From Xylographa opegraphella (lineage: Eukaryota): 64,000 nt of DNA. Shown here in pieces: positions 38,392-52,307 of this stretch; position 1 is the stretch's first letter; the number at the start of each line of letters is the position of its first letter. A program made the translations under genes and the position numbers. Under the pieces are notes generated by a model. The model searched no databases and was not told where the DNA came from. It worked only from the letters and a program-made list of their open reading frames with translations. Where the stretch lies: NCBI GenBank assembly GCA_022813865.1, contig JALDZX010000011.1, positions 124,001-188,000 on the forward strand, read 5' to 3'.

Positions 38392-39864
38392 TGAAGATGT
38401 TTCAGTACGGACGACGCTCAGTGGCCTCAATGCCAACACTCTCACTCCGTCAGCTTACCAACACAACACTTCCTTCACCTGTTATCCTATTCTCCAGCGA
38501 CGAATTGGTGGGACTCCTCGTTCCACGCGAGCATTGTCACCACTCAGTACTACTCTAGCACCTGCCGTGGTTCAAGTACGGGTATGCCGAGAATAACGAT
38601 CCACAATAGTGCCACCTCGGTACCGTCGGCTTTAATCATGGACATTAGTGCCAGCATTGGCGGTACCCACATTACTGCTCGAAATGCTGCAAGGTAGCCG
38701 CTTAGGAGCATGATATCGTTGGCTCTCGGCAGGTTTCAGCAAGAACACCGATGACTGCAAGAGGTACATAGGTGAAACGGTAAGGAAGGACGCGGAGTGG
38801 GATTCAAAACGACACCGCCAAGGATATGGGTCGGATATTACGGAATACTGAGTATCAAACCCCAAATTCCACTTCGACAACCTCAATCGAATGACTTTTG
38901 GCAATAGCAGGGCAAGAAGTGCTCGGGACTCCTTTACACGAACTTCTGAGCTATGCCCTCGGACGTCTATGACATGCTGTATCTTCGTGATACGCAGTTT
39001 GGCATCTTTGTGTTCCATACAACCCTTGTTTCTAGCAGAGGTATTTTTTGCTGTCAGTACATGCGGCACTGGGAGAGCAGCAGAATGACACAGTGCGTTG
39101 AAATGTGGAGGAATGGCATGATTTTTCATGGCTGAGGAGCCGGTGTAATGAGGAAGCCGGTGCGGAGTAACGCGAAGCAGAGGGTTTGGCGGTCGCTCGG
39201 TATTGTGCGTACTGCCTGACTTTCATGAGGGTCCAGTGATAGATGGGGAGCTGCCAAAGGAACTACATTGTAAATATCACGTCGTTTGCGGCTTCGAGAT
39301 CCCTTTCATATTGGTTGGATGTCGGTTTTCCGCTTCATAAGCAAAGTAGGAGATTAATGTTGACATAAATTTCCTTTCACGGTTGAGATTAGTTGCATTG
39401 GGTTTCGATGTATTTTTTTTTTTGGGCGCGAGACTGAATTATGAATACTCTGCTCCATACACACTCAAAGGGGCTGGGTTAAGGGTATTGACGGAGCTAG
39501 GCGTAGATCGCTCTCACGTTAGCTGTTCACGACCAGAGTTTAGTAAGAGTACAATCTGGAAAGAGTCATATCTCAAGACTTGACCTTCCATTTGGCTAGG
39601 GCAGTCAGTCGCTGAATACATGGGAAAGTAATTTTTGATACAGCTTATGCTCTAGCCACGCAACTGCTACTAAATTCCACATCATCCTTTATCATGCATC
39701 CGATTTGCGGATCGATCTCTTGTGGTGCGTCGCAAATAACCCTGTTGTAGATACAGATGCCTAAACGCCAGTCCTGCCATTGCAGAATGCATTATAAACA
39801 TATCGTCAGGTCCCCCCATCTTCCCTCACTCGTCTTGATACAGTGTCTCTCTGGCGCTTCCATT

Positions 39865-40719
39865 CTAGGCAAACTCTAAGGCTTTTCCAGACACCAGAAG
39901 GCCAATGATTAGACCAAAGAGTCCGAGCACTGAACTGAAAATCTCGATGACGAGGATCTTGACAAACCTGTAGGTGACTATCAGCATTACCACTGCCAAA
40001 ATAGATTCGCATGAATCCTTACAAGCTGGGATCCGCCGCGTCTGCTAGAGCGGCACTGCTACCATTGATACCCACAGACACACCACATATCAGATTGCAC
40101 ATGCCCACAGTCAACCCAGACCAGAAGAGTGCGTATCCCGTGTAGTAGTTGTTGCCTGAGTATAGATTTTCCTCACTCACGCTGGTGATCTTTGCGGAAA
40201 AGACAATGGCCATGATGACACCGTATATCGCGACGACTTCACAGAAAATGATGGAAATGAGGTTCTTCGTTCGTATGCGCGGCGCCTTCACACCGCCACC
40301 CAGTATCGATGAGCCTGTTATAAAGATACCCCTAAGTCGAATAGTCAATGATGATCTTTGAATGAACCATGAGCCGGTAGGCAATGGAGCTTTGGTATGA
40401 TTGGTGATATGTGCTAACACTGTCCACATACCATGCTGCTCCAACCACGGAGAGACCAATGCAGAGACCTATCCCGAGGGACGCCCATGCATAAGGTGAA
40501 ATCGCAAGAAGAAATTGCCCAACCTGTAGATCATCATGAGCGCTATGTTATCTCGATCATCTGGCGGAACTCACGTTGAAGGCTTCGCCATCACCGGTAA
40601 ATAGCATATCTATCCTTCCTGTTAGCTACGACGTCCTTCATGAACGAAACTGCCATCTCACAAAGTCCCACTACTGTCAAGGCGGTGGCACCGCCACCTA
40701 AGCCATACACGAGACTCAT
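39865..40719 (-). CDS. VMA16: V-type ATPase proteolipid subunit c''
   Basis: [73 protein letters not shown]; ends [11 protein letters not shown]; multiple short introns. Confidence 0.95.
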
Positions 40720-40951
40720 CTTCACCACCTGTAGCGTTGTTTCCTGGGCTTACAGGCAAGATTCGTGGGCTGAATAGTCGAAGATCACAATGATGTTTAG
40801 CTTTGCTAACAGACCACTCCGCATCATCCACCAATCTTGAGCCGCGATTTGCTTACGTAATTTGGGCAGCCCTCATTTCACATCTTTCTTTGTCTCAGCG
40901 CCACTCTCTTTCCTCATCTGACTTTGCTCTACCTTGCCCATCATTGCAACG
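40720..40951. promoter_or_regulatory. Short bidirectional promoter region between VMA16 and TOA2
   Basis: Head-to-head start codons separated by only 232 nt. Confidence 0.6.
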
Positions 40952-41414
40952 ATGGCCAGCAAGGAATACTATGAGCTGTATAGGCAGAGCAGGTACTGCG
41001 AGACTTGCAAAGCTACGGCTTTGTTCGAGGTGTCGATGGCTAACCTGGGGAATTGTCAGCATCGGCCTAGCGCTCATTGATACGCTTGATGCTATGGTTC
41101 ACGAAGGGCGCATAGAGCCTCAGCTGGCCATGAAGATCGTATCAACGTTTGACCGAGTCATCACTGAAGTTCTAGCCGACAAAGTCAAGGCCCGACTGAC
41201 GTTCAAGGTCCTATTACCACGTGTATCATGGCTGGCTTTGGTGTAGTTGCTAACTGCTGATATTTAGGGCCACCTCGATACCTATCGCTTCTGCGACGAG
41301 GTTTGGACTTTCCTGATCAAAGACGCTACCTTTAAATTGGACAATTCCGTCAATGTACAAGCGGAGAAAGTTAAGATTGTCAGCTGCAACTCCAAGAAGC
41401 CTGGCGAGACTTAA
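40952..41414 (+). CDS. TOA2: Transcription initiation factor IIA small (gamma) subunit
   Basis: Spliced [64 protein letters not shown]; two introns. Confidence 0.96.
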
Positions 41415-43282
41415 GTTGGGGCACAAGGCTCTCGAAACGAAGTGTCTAGAGGGCACGTCGAACGTGATCATTGTGGCACTATGCATTTGGCATTATGCAG
41501 TATTGGGTCTCCGATCGCCGTCGACGGCCGGCGCATGGGACAGAGAAGATGCTTTCGTTCTTAATGATACCCGGCACGATTTGAAAATCAGCCTACAGTC
41601 TACTGTAGACACGATAGCATAACGAAGAAGTCATGATATAATGGATATGTCTTCCTGCATATATTGTGTTTGCGTATGTTTATCCAATGCAAAAGACCAT
41701 TATAGCTTTTAGCAGAATCACTTGCTATTCCAACGTTCATATGATTCACCTACTTTGCTTGTCGGCCTCGAAGCTGTAGACAACGATACTTCGGCGATCC
41801 TCATTTTGAGCACATACGTTGTCGACAAAGTATATCAATTTGGCACCAATACTTGGCCCGTCAACGAGAAAGTGAGTTGGGGCGGCTTTAGTATTAACGC
41901 AGCAGTGTACTAAGGACTCGTAGGACTATGTAGTAGTAGCCTGTCATGGCAGCTAGTTATCTGCATCGCTATGTGCACCCAGCAGTCTCGAATGCATGCC
42001 GCAGCCGTCGACATACTTCTAGTAAGTGGATTGCCCGTTGACAAAGACTTACATTTCTACCAGTTATGCAGCGAGGTCTGCTTCTGTAAAAAGCTATGGG
42101 TAGCGCCTCACACAGAGCAAAATCGTCTCTCTCTTGTTTGCAGGCCTGAGCATCAAACGCTACTTGCCCTGCCCCTGATGTCAGTGGCAATGAAGATGAA
42201 CGACAACTATGTGGCTTGGGACTTTGGGCCGCAAATCAGATCACTGTAGGAGCCGAGGGAAACGTGAGAACGATGAGGTATCTGTGAGATAGAGTTGCAG
42301 GACGGATGACTGTGCGGCTTCAAGCGTTCAATGCTCGACGCTACTTTATGAACACGGACATATGCCGAGCTCTCTAGAAACGGTACCTGACCGAGTGCAG
42401 CTTATGTTGTCAATGACTGGACATAAAGCCGGCTCATACCATAGGCACATACCTAAGACTACTTGTCGCAAGTCTCACCGTGTGTTGAGCTCTGTCAACC
42501 TACCCTGAGCAAGGGAAGATCCGAACGGATTGCATTGGGCCACTGAGATTCTCCATACCACTTTCGTCAATCAACACGGTGTATCAGGGTGTGCCTGAAG
42601 CTCCTCATTCTTGTATGTTCCTCGCTGTTGTAGTGGAAGGCACACCCTCAGTGTAGCATCAATTTAGTGTCAATAGTCGCTGTCGCTGGCATATCCAGAC
42701 GCATAGGCGATGGACGTTGTTATCAAGGATATATGATAGCTTGCCAGGGACAGCGTCATAAGTATACATGAAGTAATGGTTTGGGGGCAATGCTGGCTGA
42801 TAACTTTTTAATCCATTTATGAACCCTTGAATGGGGTATCAACAGTCAGATAGATATCTCCAAAGCAATAGCCCGCAGTTGTTAATCAGGTTACACTAAA
42901 CGCGCGATGTTTAGGTTGACTAGAGACAACTGGCACAACCACTGTATTGATGATGGAGTGCGAGAGCTGCTCACACAACGGGGTCAGTCTTTGGGGAGAG
43001 AGGCACCAAAGTAGCCTGTATTTATCGATTGGTTGCCTGCAAGCGTCTCCGGCGGTGGTATCAGAATAGTATCGCTGATCCCCCATTCATGGTATTTCAA
43101 TCGGGATATCGACTTTCGTGAGGCAACATACCAATCAACAGCGATATCTCGATCTCATTCCCCGAAGCCCTAACAGAGGCAACCCCCTGCTGCGAGGCGT
43201 GCGAGGCTAAACCCTCCGGGCGGCTTGCAGCCCTTTCATCCGCAATTAGTCCCCACCTCTCTCCTCCGCACGTTCTCCAGCC

Positions 43283-44327
43283 ATGCTGCATCGACGCGTA
43301 ACCAACAATGAGGCGGCCCACTCCCCACCTCCCGCTGCATCATTACACCATGCCGCCGAGAAAGCCGAACGCAAGTTTGCGGGCGGGCATTCTTTGCGCT
43401 CCTCGACCGCTTCTGCGTCCTATGCCTCCGTAGATTCGGATCCCAGGTCGGGATTTTTGACCATGAGTGGCAGTAGCTCGTGGATGCTGTTCGCGGTGGC
43501 GAGCGGGACGTGCGCGGCATTCAACAGCGTCTTTGCGAAACTGTGAGTTGCAGGTGTGCTATGGCTGCGGACGCATTGGTTCTCTTTCGAAAGGCGTGGG
43601 TCGGGCTGACGGGCGATATAGGACTACGACCGAGCTTACGACTTCCATCGCTGCTGCCATAGCTGGCTTGCTGCACCTTGAGGGGAGCAGGGTGGTTGAA
43701 GTTGCCGTTCGAGCTGTGTGTCTTGCACTTTCTTCGCTGCGCGATCAGAGCTCTCGTTTGCAGGAAACAATATTCGCTCACCGGCCTCGAAAAGCATTTG
43801 ATATCTAACACTCTACCCAACTACCACATACGCCACCAGACCCAATCACGCTCCCTATCAATCCCTATCAATCACACATGATTATCTACCAAACCCCTCC
43901 CACCCTGCCCCCTTCCTCCTCATCCAACCACCAACCACTAACCGCCCCTCCCCCCTCTTCTCAGATCTTCTTCCTCCTCAACCTCGCCTTCAACGCCCTG
44001 ATGTGGATCCTCTTCACCCGCGCCCTCACCCTACACACCTCCACCACCAAAGTCTCCATCCTCAACACCTCCTCCAACTTCCTCTGCACCGCCTTCCTCG
44101 GCCTGCTCGTCTTCCGCGAACACCTGCCGCCGCTGTGGTTCGCCGGCGCGTTCCTGCTCGTCATCGGGAACGTGGTGATTGGGCGGCGCGAGGAGGACGG
44201 GGGTGCGAAGCCCGTCGACGGTGGGGCGGGTGCGGGCGTGGGGGAAGAGTTGGGTCTTATGCGGGATGGGGATGGTGGGGTGGGTGAGGGAGTGGGGGAG
44301 GGGGGTGGGAGTGTGCGTTTGGATTGA
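43283..44327 (+). CDS. TMEM42-like small membrane protein (DMT/EamA-like fold)
   Basis: AVASGTCAAFNSVFAKLTTT..FNALMWILFTRAL..VSILNTSSNFLCTAFLG..EHLPPLWFAGAFLLVIGNVVIG; two introns. Confidence 0.85.
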
Positions 44328-44896
44328 GTGGTGGATGGGGAGGACGAATTGTTGAAGCCTGGACGTTTGGAGGGTTCTTGATGGGAAACCCTTTTTTTTT
44401 TCGTACCGTGATACCTATATATTGTATCTAGAGATTGGTATAGAGCTCACAAGCTGCGTCGTTAAATACTACGATTTTATAGCCGCTGCCTGCTTATTGA
44501 TTACGGAAGTCAGGTCTTCGATCAATGGGTCACGAGATCAATGCCCGATCATGCTCAGCTAAATTGAATCACATCAACAGACACATTCCGGCAGTTGCTT
44601 TAGTATGCTCAGCGTAACAACCGGCTGCCTTGTATATTTTCCACACAAAAGTGATCCTGTCTATATCGCAGCGGCGATACCACGCCTCCCGCTCAGGCAA
44701 TGCCCCATGCGAATCATGCTTTGCGCAGACACAACTGCTTCGATTTCCACTTGTAATATCACACCCTTCCCACACAAGGAGCATAGTGAGACATGTAACA
44801 ACCCAAACCTCTCCGTCGGAAAAAGGAGAGGAGAATAATGTACACCAAAGTCTCTTGGATCCATAGCAGTGCAAACCCCAACCCGGCGGCTCGCAC

Positions 44897-45586
44897 TCAA
44901 TCGTCAATACCATGTTGCGACCCCCCGTCCGAGCTTCCAAACCTGCCCACCGAGATGCTCGGGTCCGTAGCAATCATCTCCGCCAGGATGTCCAGCACAG
45001 GCTTCGGCACCGTCTTGTCGTATATCGAGATCAAATCCGACGGCTGCGGGTACACCTTCAACGCCTTGTAGAAACACAGCGCCGCTTCCACTTGATCGGA
45101 GCCTACCCGTCCTCTGTCAGCCATCCCAGTCCGCAGAAGTTACACACCGCATCTACCCATGGGCGAGTCACATACCATCCTGGCACAGCGTCTCCCCCCT
45201 CGCCACTTCGGTCATGAAGAACGCCTCCTTGTCCTCGACGTCCGTGGGGAAACCTTCTGCCTTCGCCCCGTCCACGGCCGCTTTGATGGCCTCTTTCTGC
45301 TGCGCGCCTTGGGCTTCTGCCTGCGTCCGCGCGATGCGAGCTTCGCGCCGCGATTCGCGTTTGAGGGCTTTGCGGAATTCAGGGTCTGTTTGCCGCTTGT
45401 GGTCGAAGTAGATGGCGTATGCTGGGGAGTATGGTGTTAGCGTATGGGGATGCTCTGGAAGTAATGGTTTGGAAAGTTGAGAGGGAGGAGAGATGCTAGG
45501 CTGGACGCACCTACGAAGCCTGTCACCAGTGTGCCGACGGTGGCTGCTATTATGGCGGTGGTGGATGGTCGGGCGAGCGAGGACAT
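44897..45586 (-). CDS. TOM20: Mitochondrial import receptor subunit Tom20
   Basis: TM anchor then [62 protein letters not shown]; two introns. Confidence 0.96.
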
Positions 45587-48247
45587 GGTGGGCTGGTGGT
45601 TTATATGGATTATCCCGAGTGGGGGCTATGTGTACAAGATTATGGGAATAGATATGCTGGATGATGGGAATCGTAAATATTTCTGGTCTTCGAGCTGTGA
45701 CGGCAGAATTTGGCGCTAGTTGACGGAGAACTGAGCCTTGGCAGGTTGCTAACGCTTTACGGACTAGAGCTTGACCACATTGCTACAGCTTCAACAGGAC
45801 AGCATCGAGGGAAGAATGAAAGAGTTAGTTCAGCTATTGTAGACCTGAATTGTTTTTGACTGCAAAGTACACAGGCCTGATGAAACTGAGACCGCTGATT
45901 ATATGCGGTCTATTCGAGCAAGTATATGATCCCAGCCTCTAAGCCATTGACAGTCCATAATCTTGAATTGGGCGTGAGATTCCGACAAAACCGTACCATG
46001 GTCAAGGTTGTACAAATCACCTATCTTTGTTGTTCCTCAACGCCATCTAAAATGACGCCGACGCCGGCGACAGCACTTGCGCTCGACTATGCTCCATATC
46101 TTTGTTGCCGGCCTTCTTAGAGACGTGCAGATGTCTCTCATGGAGCGGCTCCTCGTATCTATAACGCTTTATGGGTGAAGCCACGATATGCCTGCGTTCA
46201 AGGAGGAGAGGAACTAGATTTTCATCGGCAGCCACGTTTGCAGAATCCTCTGTATAAACGAATCGACTCCTCAGGATCCTCCCTGACAGTGCCGGGTTCG
46301 AAAATTGACCTTATGGCAGAAGGAGAGACCAGGGTCGTATACTCCTGTTGCGAGATTATTTATCTCAATTGGTTTGCTGGTCGATGGAACAGCTGACGCG
46401 CAACGGCATTCCGACGTAGAACTTCATATCGATGTAGGCGATCTTGTTGAATGAGCGTCTATACTAAGAGCTCGGCTCATAGAAGGCAGGTAGAAGCACC
46501 GTGTCGTTGAAGAGGTTCGTTCAAGTGATTGGATATATCAAGCACTGTTTCCTCTGTATATCAGCGTGCTTTAGTTTGCAGCCTTCTTTCCGCTATAACT
46601 ATAATCATGAAGATGTATTTCGGTCGTTTCTCATGAACAGCTAAGACGCTGGTCAGTTCAGATGTAGCATTTTAAGAGAAAACCGACCTTCTCATAGTGG
46701 ATACAACCACTTGCATTAAAATGCTCCTTCTCTTTTTGTTATTAAAATGGATCCTCGTTGAGCCTTCTTGAACTCGAAACCACAAGGAAGGAACGAGTGG
46801 AGCGATTTGCTTGATGTTCTGATTAGGAAGCAATGTCTCATTGGTTGTGTTGATACCCAGCCCTCGTAATGGCTGAGTGGTATGGGTCTCTAGATAACTC
46901 AGGTTCAAGCTCACAAGTCATTTGATGCAGGGAAGGATGACATTGCAGTCACGATGTCTGAACCGACGCGGAAATCGACAGTTACTCTGTGAAGTGGGGG
47001 AGTTGGTAAGTTGAAGCGCGTTAGGAGACCGCGATCGCCATATTGAAAGAGTGTGTCATGATCCAGAAATTCAGATTCTGTATGTGAACGGTGGGGTCAC
47101 GCGACTCGTTCTTATTCGGGAGGTATCAACGGATTTCCCAAATGCTCTCATGTTGGGGATCAATGGCACCAAGCACTCTCCTATTCAAGGATGAAAAGAG
47201 CAAAAAAGTTCAGATACTTCGGGGTATCTTATGAAACAACCTTTATTTTAGGTGGTTTGCTGTTTTGTCGGTTAATGCTGACTGATCTTTCGGAGGGAGG
47301 AATAATCGTTGGATGGAGGAGGGCGGGATTCGAACTCGGAGGGGTTTGGTGAGTGTTGTTAATGTCAGTCGAAATCGAAGGACAGGTTAACAGTTTGATC
47401 CAAGCCACCCGATGTGGCCGCCTTCTGCTAATGCTGAACAGAATAGTCTTCTTACAATATAAATAGTTTCATAATCCATACTCCTGATGAGGGACAACTA
47501 CACAACGTTCCCTCTCAACCTCGACTCTACGCTACAGTTGACTTTGCTGGTGCAAGTTCTCATTGTATTCTTTTCGCAATGAGCTCCATGGCTACAGCCT
47601 GAAGCATTGGTTTTCTGCATAGTTCTACATGCAGCTTCTTCACAACATCATCAGTGGTCTAAGCTATTAGTTTGCAAGCTTTGGTCACGAAGTACAACAG
47701 CTGCTGTTCATGAATCAGATATGGAAACGCCAGACCACTTAATCCAAAGGTCAATTCCTTGGGCGACTCTGGAGTACATGGATCGGGCCAAGCGAGAAGA
47801 AACACGGAAGGAAGGTACGCTTCATAGCCTGAGGGAGAGGCCGCTGGGCCGCTGGGGCGAGGTTGTATGTCTGAAGCATACTCTAAGCCTTCATTCTTGC
47901 ATCGATGATCCTACGTATCATGGGAAGGCATATTTATCGTGACCGTCCTTGGATATTCTCAGCAAGGCGGGCTTACGCGATAGCTGATTGTTGACGGATT
48001 ACTTCATTGCTTCATGCCTCAGCCAGCCTCATCATTTCGAGCTGTGCCTTCCTTTGATATGCCTCGTCCTGTTGTCTTTACTAACCTACCTTGCTCTTGC
48101 TTGCTGAATTTCATTTAATTCTTTGGCTGCCCATCATTGTGCTTGTCTTGTATAGAAACTTCCAATCAACTTCAATTCTCTCCACAGGCTTTCAATCAAA
48201 CTTTTAAGCATTTTTGCACAAGTAAGGTCTTCAACCTGAGAGATACC

Positions 48248-48784
48248 ATGCAACCCATGCTCTTCCTGAGCGCAGGCCTACTGTTCCTCCCATCACTGAC
48301 CTTAGCCGAAGCCATCATCATCGTATCTCCGGCTCAGGTAACCCACATCCATAATAGTATCCACTAAACACAAGAGCTGACTCCACCCAACACAGTCTTC
48401 CCATATCTCCGCCGACATTGCATCCTACCTTTCCACCTTGACCACTCAAGCCAACTGGGTGAGCGTCCAATCTGTACTTGCGACCGCGATCCCATCCAGA
48501 GTCGATTCAGAGGGGTCTTCCGCCTACCTCCAACAGATCCTCACTGAAACAGCATTGCCGGCTTGGTATACCGCGATGCCATTGGAGGTGCAGTGCATCT
48601 TTTCGAGCGTTGTCGCGGCGGAAATCAGCATTTTGACGAAGGTAGAGTGTCGAGATCGAAGAGATTGGTCTTGTGCTGAGAATGCCTGCAGGACTTGGCT
48701 GCTGCGGCACCTCACCCTACGGCTGCGCTCAAGGTGATGGGAGGGGTGTTGGCTGCTGGAGCTGCCGGGTTGGCTTTGCTGTAG
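48248..48784 (+). CDS. Small secreted, probably GPI-anchored cell-surface protein (142 aa), 3 exons
   Basis: Exons 48248-48337, 48396-48641, 48692-48784; signal peptide MQPMLFLSAGLLFLPSLTLA; LPAWYTAMPLEVQ; GPI-like tail AAAAPHPTAALKVMGGVLAAGAAGLALL*. Confidence 0.8.
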
Positions 48785-50120
48785 AAACATCATATATTGA
48801 ATGGGTGCGTGGTTGCGGGGCTGCGAGCGGATTGCATACATTCGGGACAGTATGTAGACGGTTTTGGTGTCAGTGGTTGTTCTTCTGACACTATGACCGT
48901 CGACGCATTCCATCATCACAGCGATTGTCTGATCGACAGTGTCGTGTGCTAGAGCTTTTGAAAAGAAAAATATTTCCCTACGCACGTCTTGTATGAGATA
49001 ACGACAGCTCAAGGCTCATGACCGAGTCCCCAATAACAACTGCAAAGCTAAGTACAGCTCCCTGAGCTCCGAGCCCCCTTTGAGCCAATTTGTCCGAATG
49101 TCATGTTCAACCAACTCACTATGCTTGAGTAGCACTACTCGGCCGAAGCGTTCAATATACCGATATGGATGGACAACGGCAATGACCGTGTACCGCGCAA
49201 ACTTCCTATCCACTACCCCTGGCATAACAGACTTTGTGTCATAGTCAACACTACTTGTAGCTCTATCCCAGTTCAGAGTAGAACTTCGAACGAAGCAAGC
49301 GTGAGTCAGGACAAGCGATAAAATTACTCCCATTAACGTCAATGGCTCTGTAACCAGGCCACAGTCCTGCATCCAGCAAAGCGACGACAATGATTATCAC
49401 AACGCCAGGCCTGACGTACCTATATTTACCATAGCGCGAGTACTGAGCAGTCATATCATACTATTTATCTCCAGTCTCGCTATATGGAATATGCTAGAAA
49501 GTGTCACTGAAGCCTGAGCGAACCTCCTGCCCTTAATGCAGGGACGTAACTAGTAGACCACCGAATAGACCTATATTTATGGTCCGATGTGTATTTGAGT
49601 CAAGGTGCTATGTTTGTGGGACAAACTCTCGAGAGTCGAGATGTCAAGGGTGAAGTGTCACTAAGGAAAGATCTATGGAGTACTCTGCCTCATGCCTCGC
49701 CGTTTAGCACTAGTAAAGCAAAGCTTCTAAAAGCTCCTTATGAGAAACCCACATTGGGACTAGCTAGTTTGGCTAGACTAAGGTAGACTAGACCAAGCGA
49801 GGAGGTACGGAGAGACCGTAGCTAAGGTAAGGTATTAAATACATTTCTGTGACCAGAGATTAAATACAACTCCCTTTGTGTTCCGGACCAGCATTTTTGT
49901 TGCCAGGATTTATTGGACTCACGCCGAAGGTAAGAGATAGCGCGGCGGTCACCCGATATCTCAATCGGTTGTGAGCTCGACTCAGGTTTCCGACAATTTG
50001 GCACGCATCCGCGGATGGGGAAGCTTTCCAGCAGCTGCAATCCTTGCCATTGAACTGAGCTCAAGCAAGCTTGAGACCAGTCAATTCTGAGGAAGCTGAT
50101 TCATTAGCTTAACAGGTCTG

Positions 50121-52307
50121 ATGTCCGACCTCAAAGGCTTCTCCTTACGAAAGAAGCATGGACGGCGCATTGCTCCCAAAGAGTCTGCTCAAGATGTCCC
50201 GGCACTTCCAGACGACAGATCTAGGCACGCGTTACAGGAGAAGCATGGGGTGAACGGTAACCCAGAGCCGCACAGTGCACCTCGTTCCCGCTCTCGCCCT
50301 GGTGGCAAGACGTCAGACTTTGTGAAGAAGAGATACTCTGTTAGATATGCCCAGCCCCCGGATCTCAGCCATGGCGATGCGCCGCCTATGCCCGGAATGC
50401 CCAAGCTACCATCTGGGTATGGACAGCAAAGGAGCAGAGAACCTTCTCCAGCGCAACGGGCAGCCGACTTGGGGATATTGAATGACTCTTCGTTACAGGC
50501 AGAGGATGGTCGGTTAAGCATGGTATATCATCTGGTCTTCAATGCTAACGCTGCTCTAGTTGTCACTACATTCCTTACCAAAGCTTCCGAGCAAGATATT
50601 GCCGAGTACGAGAAGAACCTGAAAAAGGTCAAGAACCGCGCCTCGACCGATCTACAGCACAATGTCTACCAGAACAGAACCCAATTCATCAAGATCAGCA
50701 AGGAAGCCGAGAAGCTCAAGACGGAAATGCAGACACTGCGAGGACTCATGTCTGAGCTGACAACTACACTTGGCCATGCGTCCATATCGGCTACATCCGG
50801 GCGGGACTCTCCCACATACGATGAAGGAGCGACCATCGCGCGAAAGCGAGCCAACAGAAGCTCCGTAGCCAACCTCGAAGCCATGTGGAACACCCAGCTG
50901 CAAGCTCTGTGGAAAAATATCGAAGGATCGCAGAAGTTCCTTCCCGCCATTCCTGGCCGGCATATCGTGCTCGAGTCCGGCTTCTGGGTCGAACTCGACG
51001 CTGCCACTTGGAAGCCTCGGCGACCTGTACATATCGTTCTATTGAACGATCACCTCTTGGTCGCCATCCGCCGGCGCAAGCGCATGGACCCCGGCACACC
51101 GGCCCAACAAGCTCCCACCAAGCTCGTCGCTGAGAAATGTTTCCAGCTGCAAGACATCGACATCACGGATCTCACTTCGGGCGCGAAGGAGATCAAAGGC
51201 CCCTTCCAAGAAACACGCGACATCTCCAACTCCATCACCATCCGTCACGGCAAAGCATCCTTCACCTACCGCAGCGACCGTCCCAACGACAAGGAGAAAA
51301 GCGACCTCCTCCTCGCCTTCAAGCGCACCCTGGACGAGCTCCGCCGCGCCGAGCGCGCCGACGTTGACGAGATGGGAAACAAGAGCAAGGAGACTATGAA
51401 CTACCTCACCACCAGCGACCCAGCCATATCCCGCGACCCCGGGCTGCTCCGCTCGCTTAGTAAGGTCAAGGACCGACCAGACGTCCTTATCGAGGTGGAC
51501 GGCAAGCAACGAAACTTGCGGTGGGTGGAAGGCCAGATCGACGAGCTGGACATCGACATCGCGCTGCAGCGCTTCGACGTGGCGGTCGACCGCGTGGAGC
51601 AGCTGCGCAACCTAGCCAAGGGCCTCAAAGGCAACACCGTGGCCCAGACCCTCATCAACGTGAAGCTCGACGAGCGGGCCAGCAAGCTCGCAGGTAAGCA
51701 CACCGATTCCCGCTTTCCTACCCCTATCGATCCTCCACGACCACCCATCCACTGGGCCCCCCTCCGACCCATTGCCCGCACGCTGACCAGCAGAGCAGAA
51801 CTCCTCACCACCCGCCTCACCCACACGGCCGCGCTCCTCACCCCGACCAAAACCCTCACGTCCCACCTCACGCGCCTGTCCTACGCGCCCCTCGCGCGCA
51901 GCACCTACCTGGCCGCCCGCACCGCGACGCTGACCACGCTGGCGCGGCGCTGCGTCTTCGAGGGCGACCTGCTCGGCCACATCACCTCGCTGTCGTACAT
52001 CTACTTCACCCTCATCAAGAACACCATCCACGTCTACCAGCAGTGCTTCGACCAGCCCAGCATGAGCGCCGTCGTCGTGTGGGCTAAGGGCCACTTGGAC
52101 GTCTTCAACGAGAGCTTGGGCCGCGGGCTGAGCTGCGTGGAGAGGGGCGGGGGCGTGTGGACGGCGAGTCTGGCGAGGGCAAGGGAGATGGCGGCTGGTA
52201 TGGGGGAGGTGGGTGTTGATTTTGCGGGGCTGGTAGGGAGGGGGGTGGAGGGCGTGGAGGAGGCGGGAGTAGGAGGGCAAGGGGTGGGAGGGGAGAGGGA
52301 GGGTTAA
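50121..52307 (+). CDS. EXO84: Exocyst complex component Exo84
   Basis: DLQHNVYQNRTQFIKISKEAEKLK, NIEGSQKFLPAIPGRHIV, PH-like HIVLLNDHLLVA, LDIDIALQRF; in-frame introns 50509-50559 and 51694-51798. Confidence 0.95.
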   Translation: MSDLKGFSLRKKHGRRIAPKESAQDVPALPDDRSRHALQEKHGVNGNPEPHSAPRSRSRPGGKTSDFVKKRYSVRYAQPPDLSHGDAPPMPGMPKLPSGYGQQRSREPSPAQRAADLGILNDSSLQAEDGRLSMVYHLVFNANAALVVTTFLTKASEQDIAEYEKNLKKVKNRASTDLQHNVYQNRTQFIKISKEAEKLKTEMQTLRGLMSELTTTLGHASISATSGRDSPTYDEGATIARKRANRSSVANLEAMWNTQLQALWKNIEGSQKFLPAIPGRHIVLESGFWVELDAATWKPRRPVHIVLLNDHLLVAIRRRKRMDPGTPAQQAPTKLVAEKCFQLQDIDITDLTSGAKEIKGPFQETRDISNSITIRHGKASFTYRSDRPNDKEKSDLLLAFKRTLDELRRAERADVDEMGNKSKETMNYLTTSDPAISRDPGLLRSLSKVKDRPDVLIEVDGKQRNLRWVEGQIDELDIDIALQRFDVAVDRVEQLRNLAKGLKGNTVAQTLINVKLDERASKLAGKHTDSRFPTPIDPPRPPIHWAPLRPIARTLTSRAELLTTRLTHTAALLTPTKTLTSHLTRLSYAPLARSTYLAARTATLTTLARRCVFEGDLLGHITSLSYIYFTLIKNTIHVYQQCFDQPSMSAVVVWAKGHLDVFNESLGRGLSCVERGGGVWTASLARAREMAAGMGEVGVDFAGLVGRGVEGVEEAGVGGQGVGGEREG

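Noticed and set aside
41600..43200. Short ORFs in intergenic stretches (also 38400-39800 and 45700-48200)
   Set aside because: No motifs, codon bias or splice structure supporting genes; no transposon hallmarks seen
47311..47430. tRNA-like GTTCGAATCCC...CCA on the minus strand
   Set aside because: T-stem pairs poorly and no D-arm, anticodon arm or acceptor stem could be built; at most an isolated B-box
49016..49454. Short hydrophobic minus-strand ORFs
   Set aside because: No recognisable family or convincing splice model
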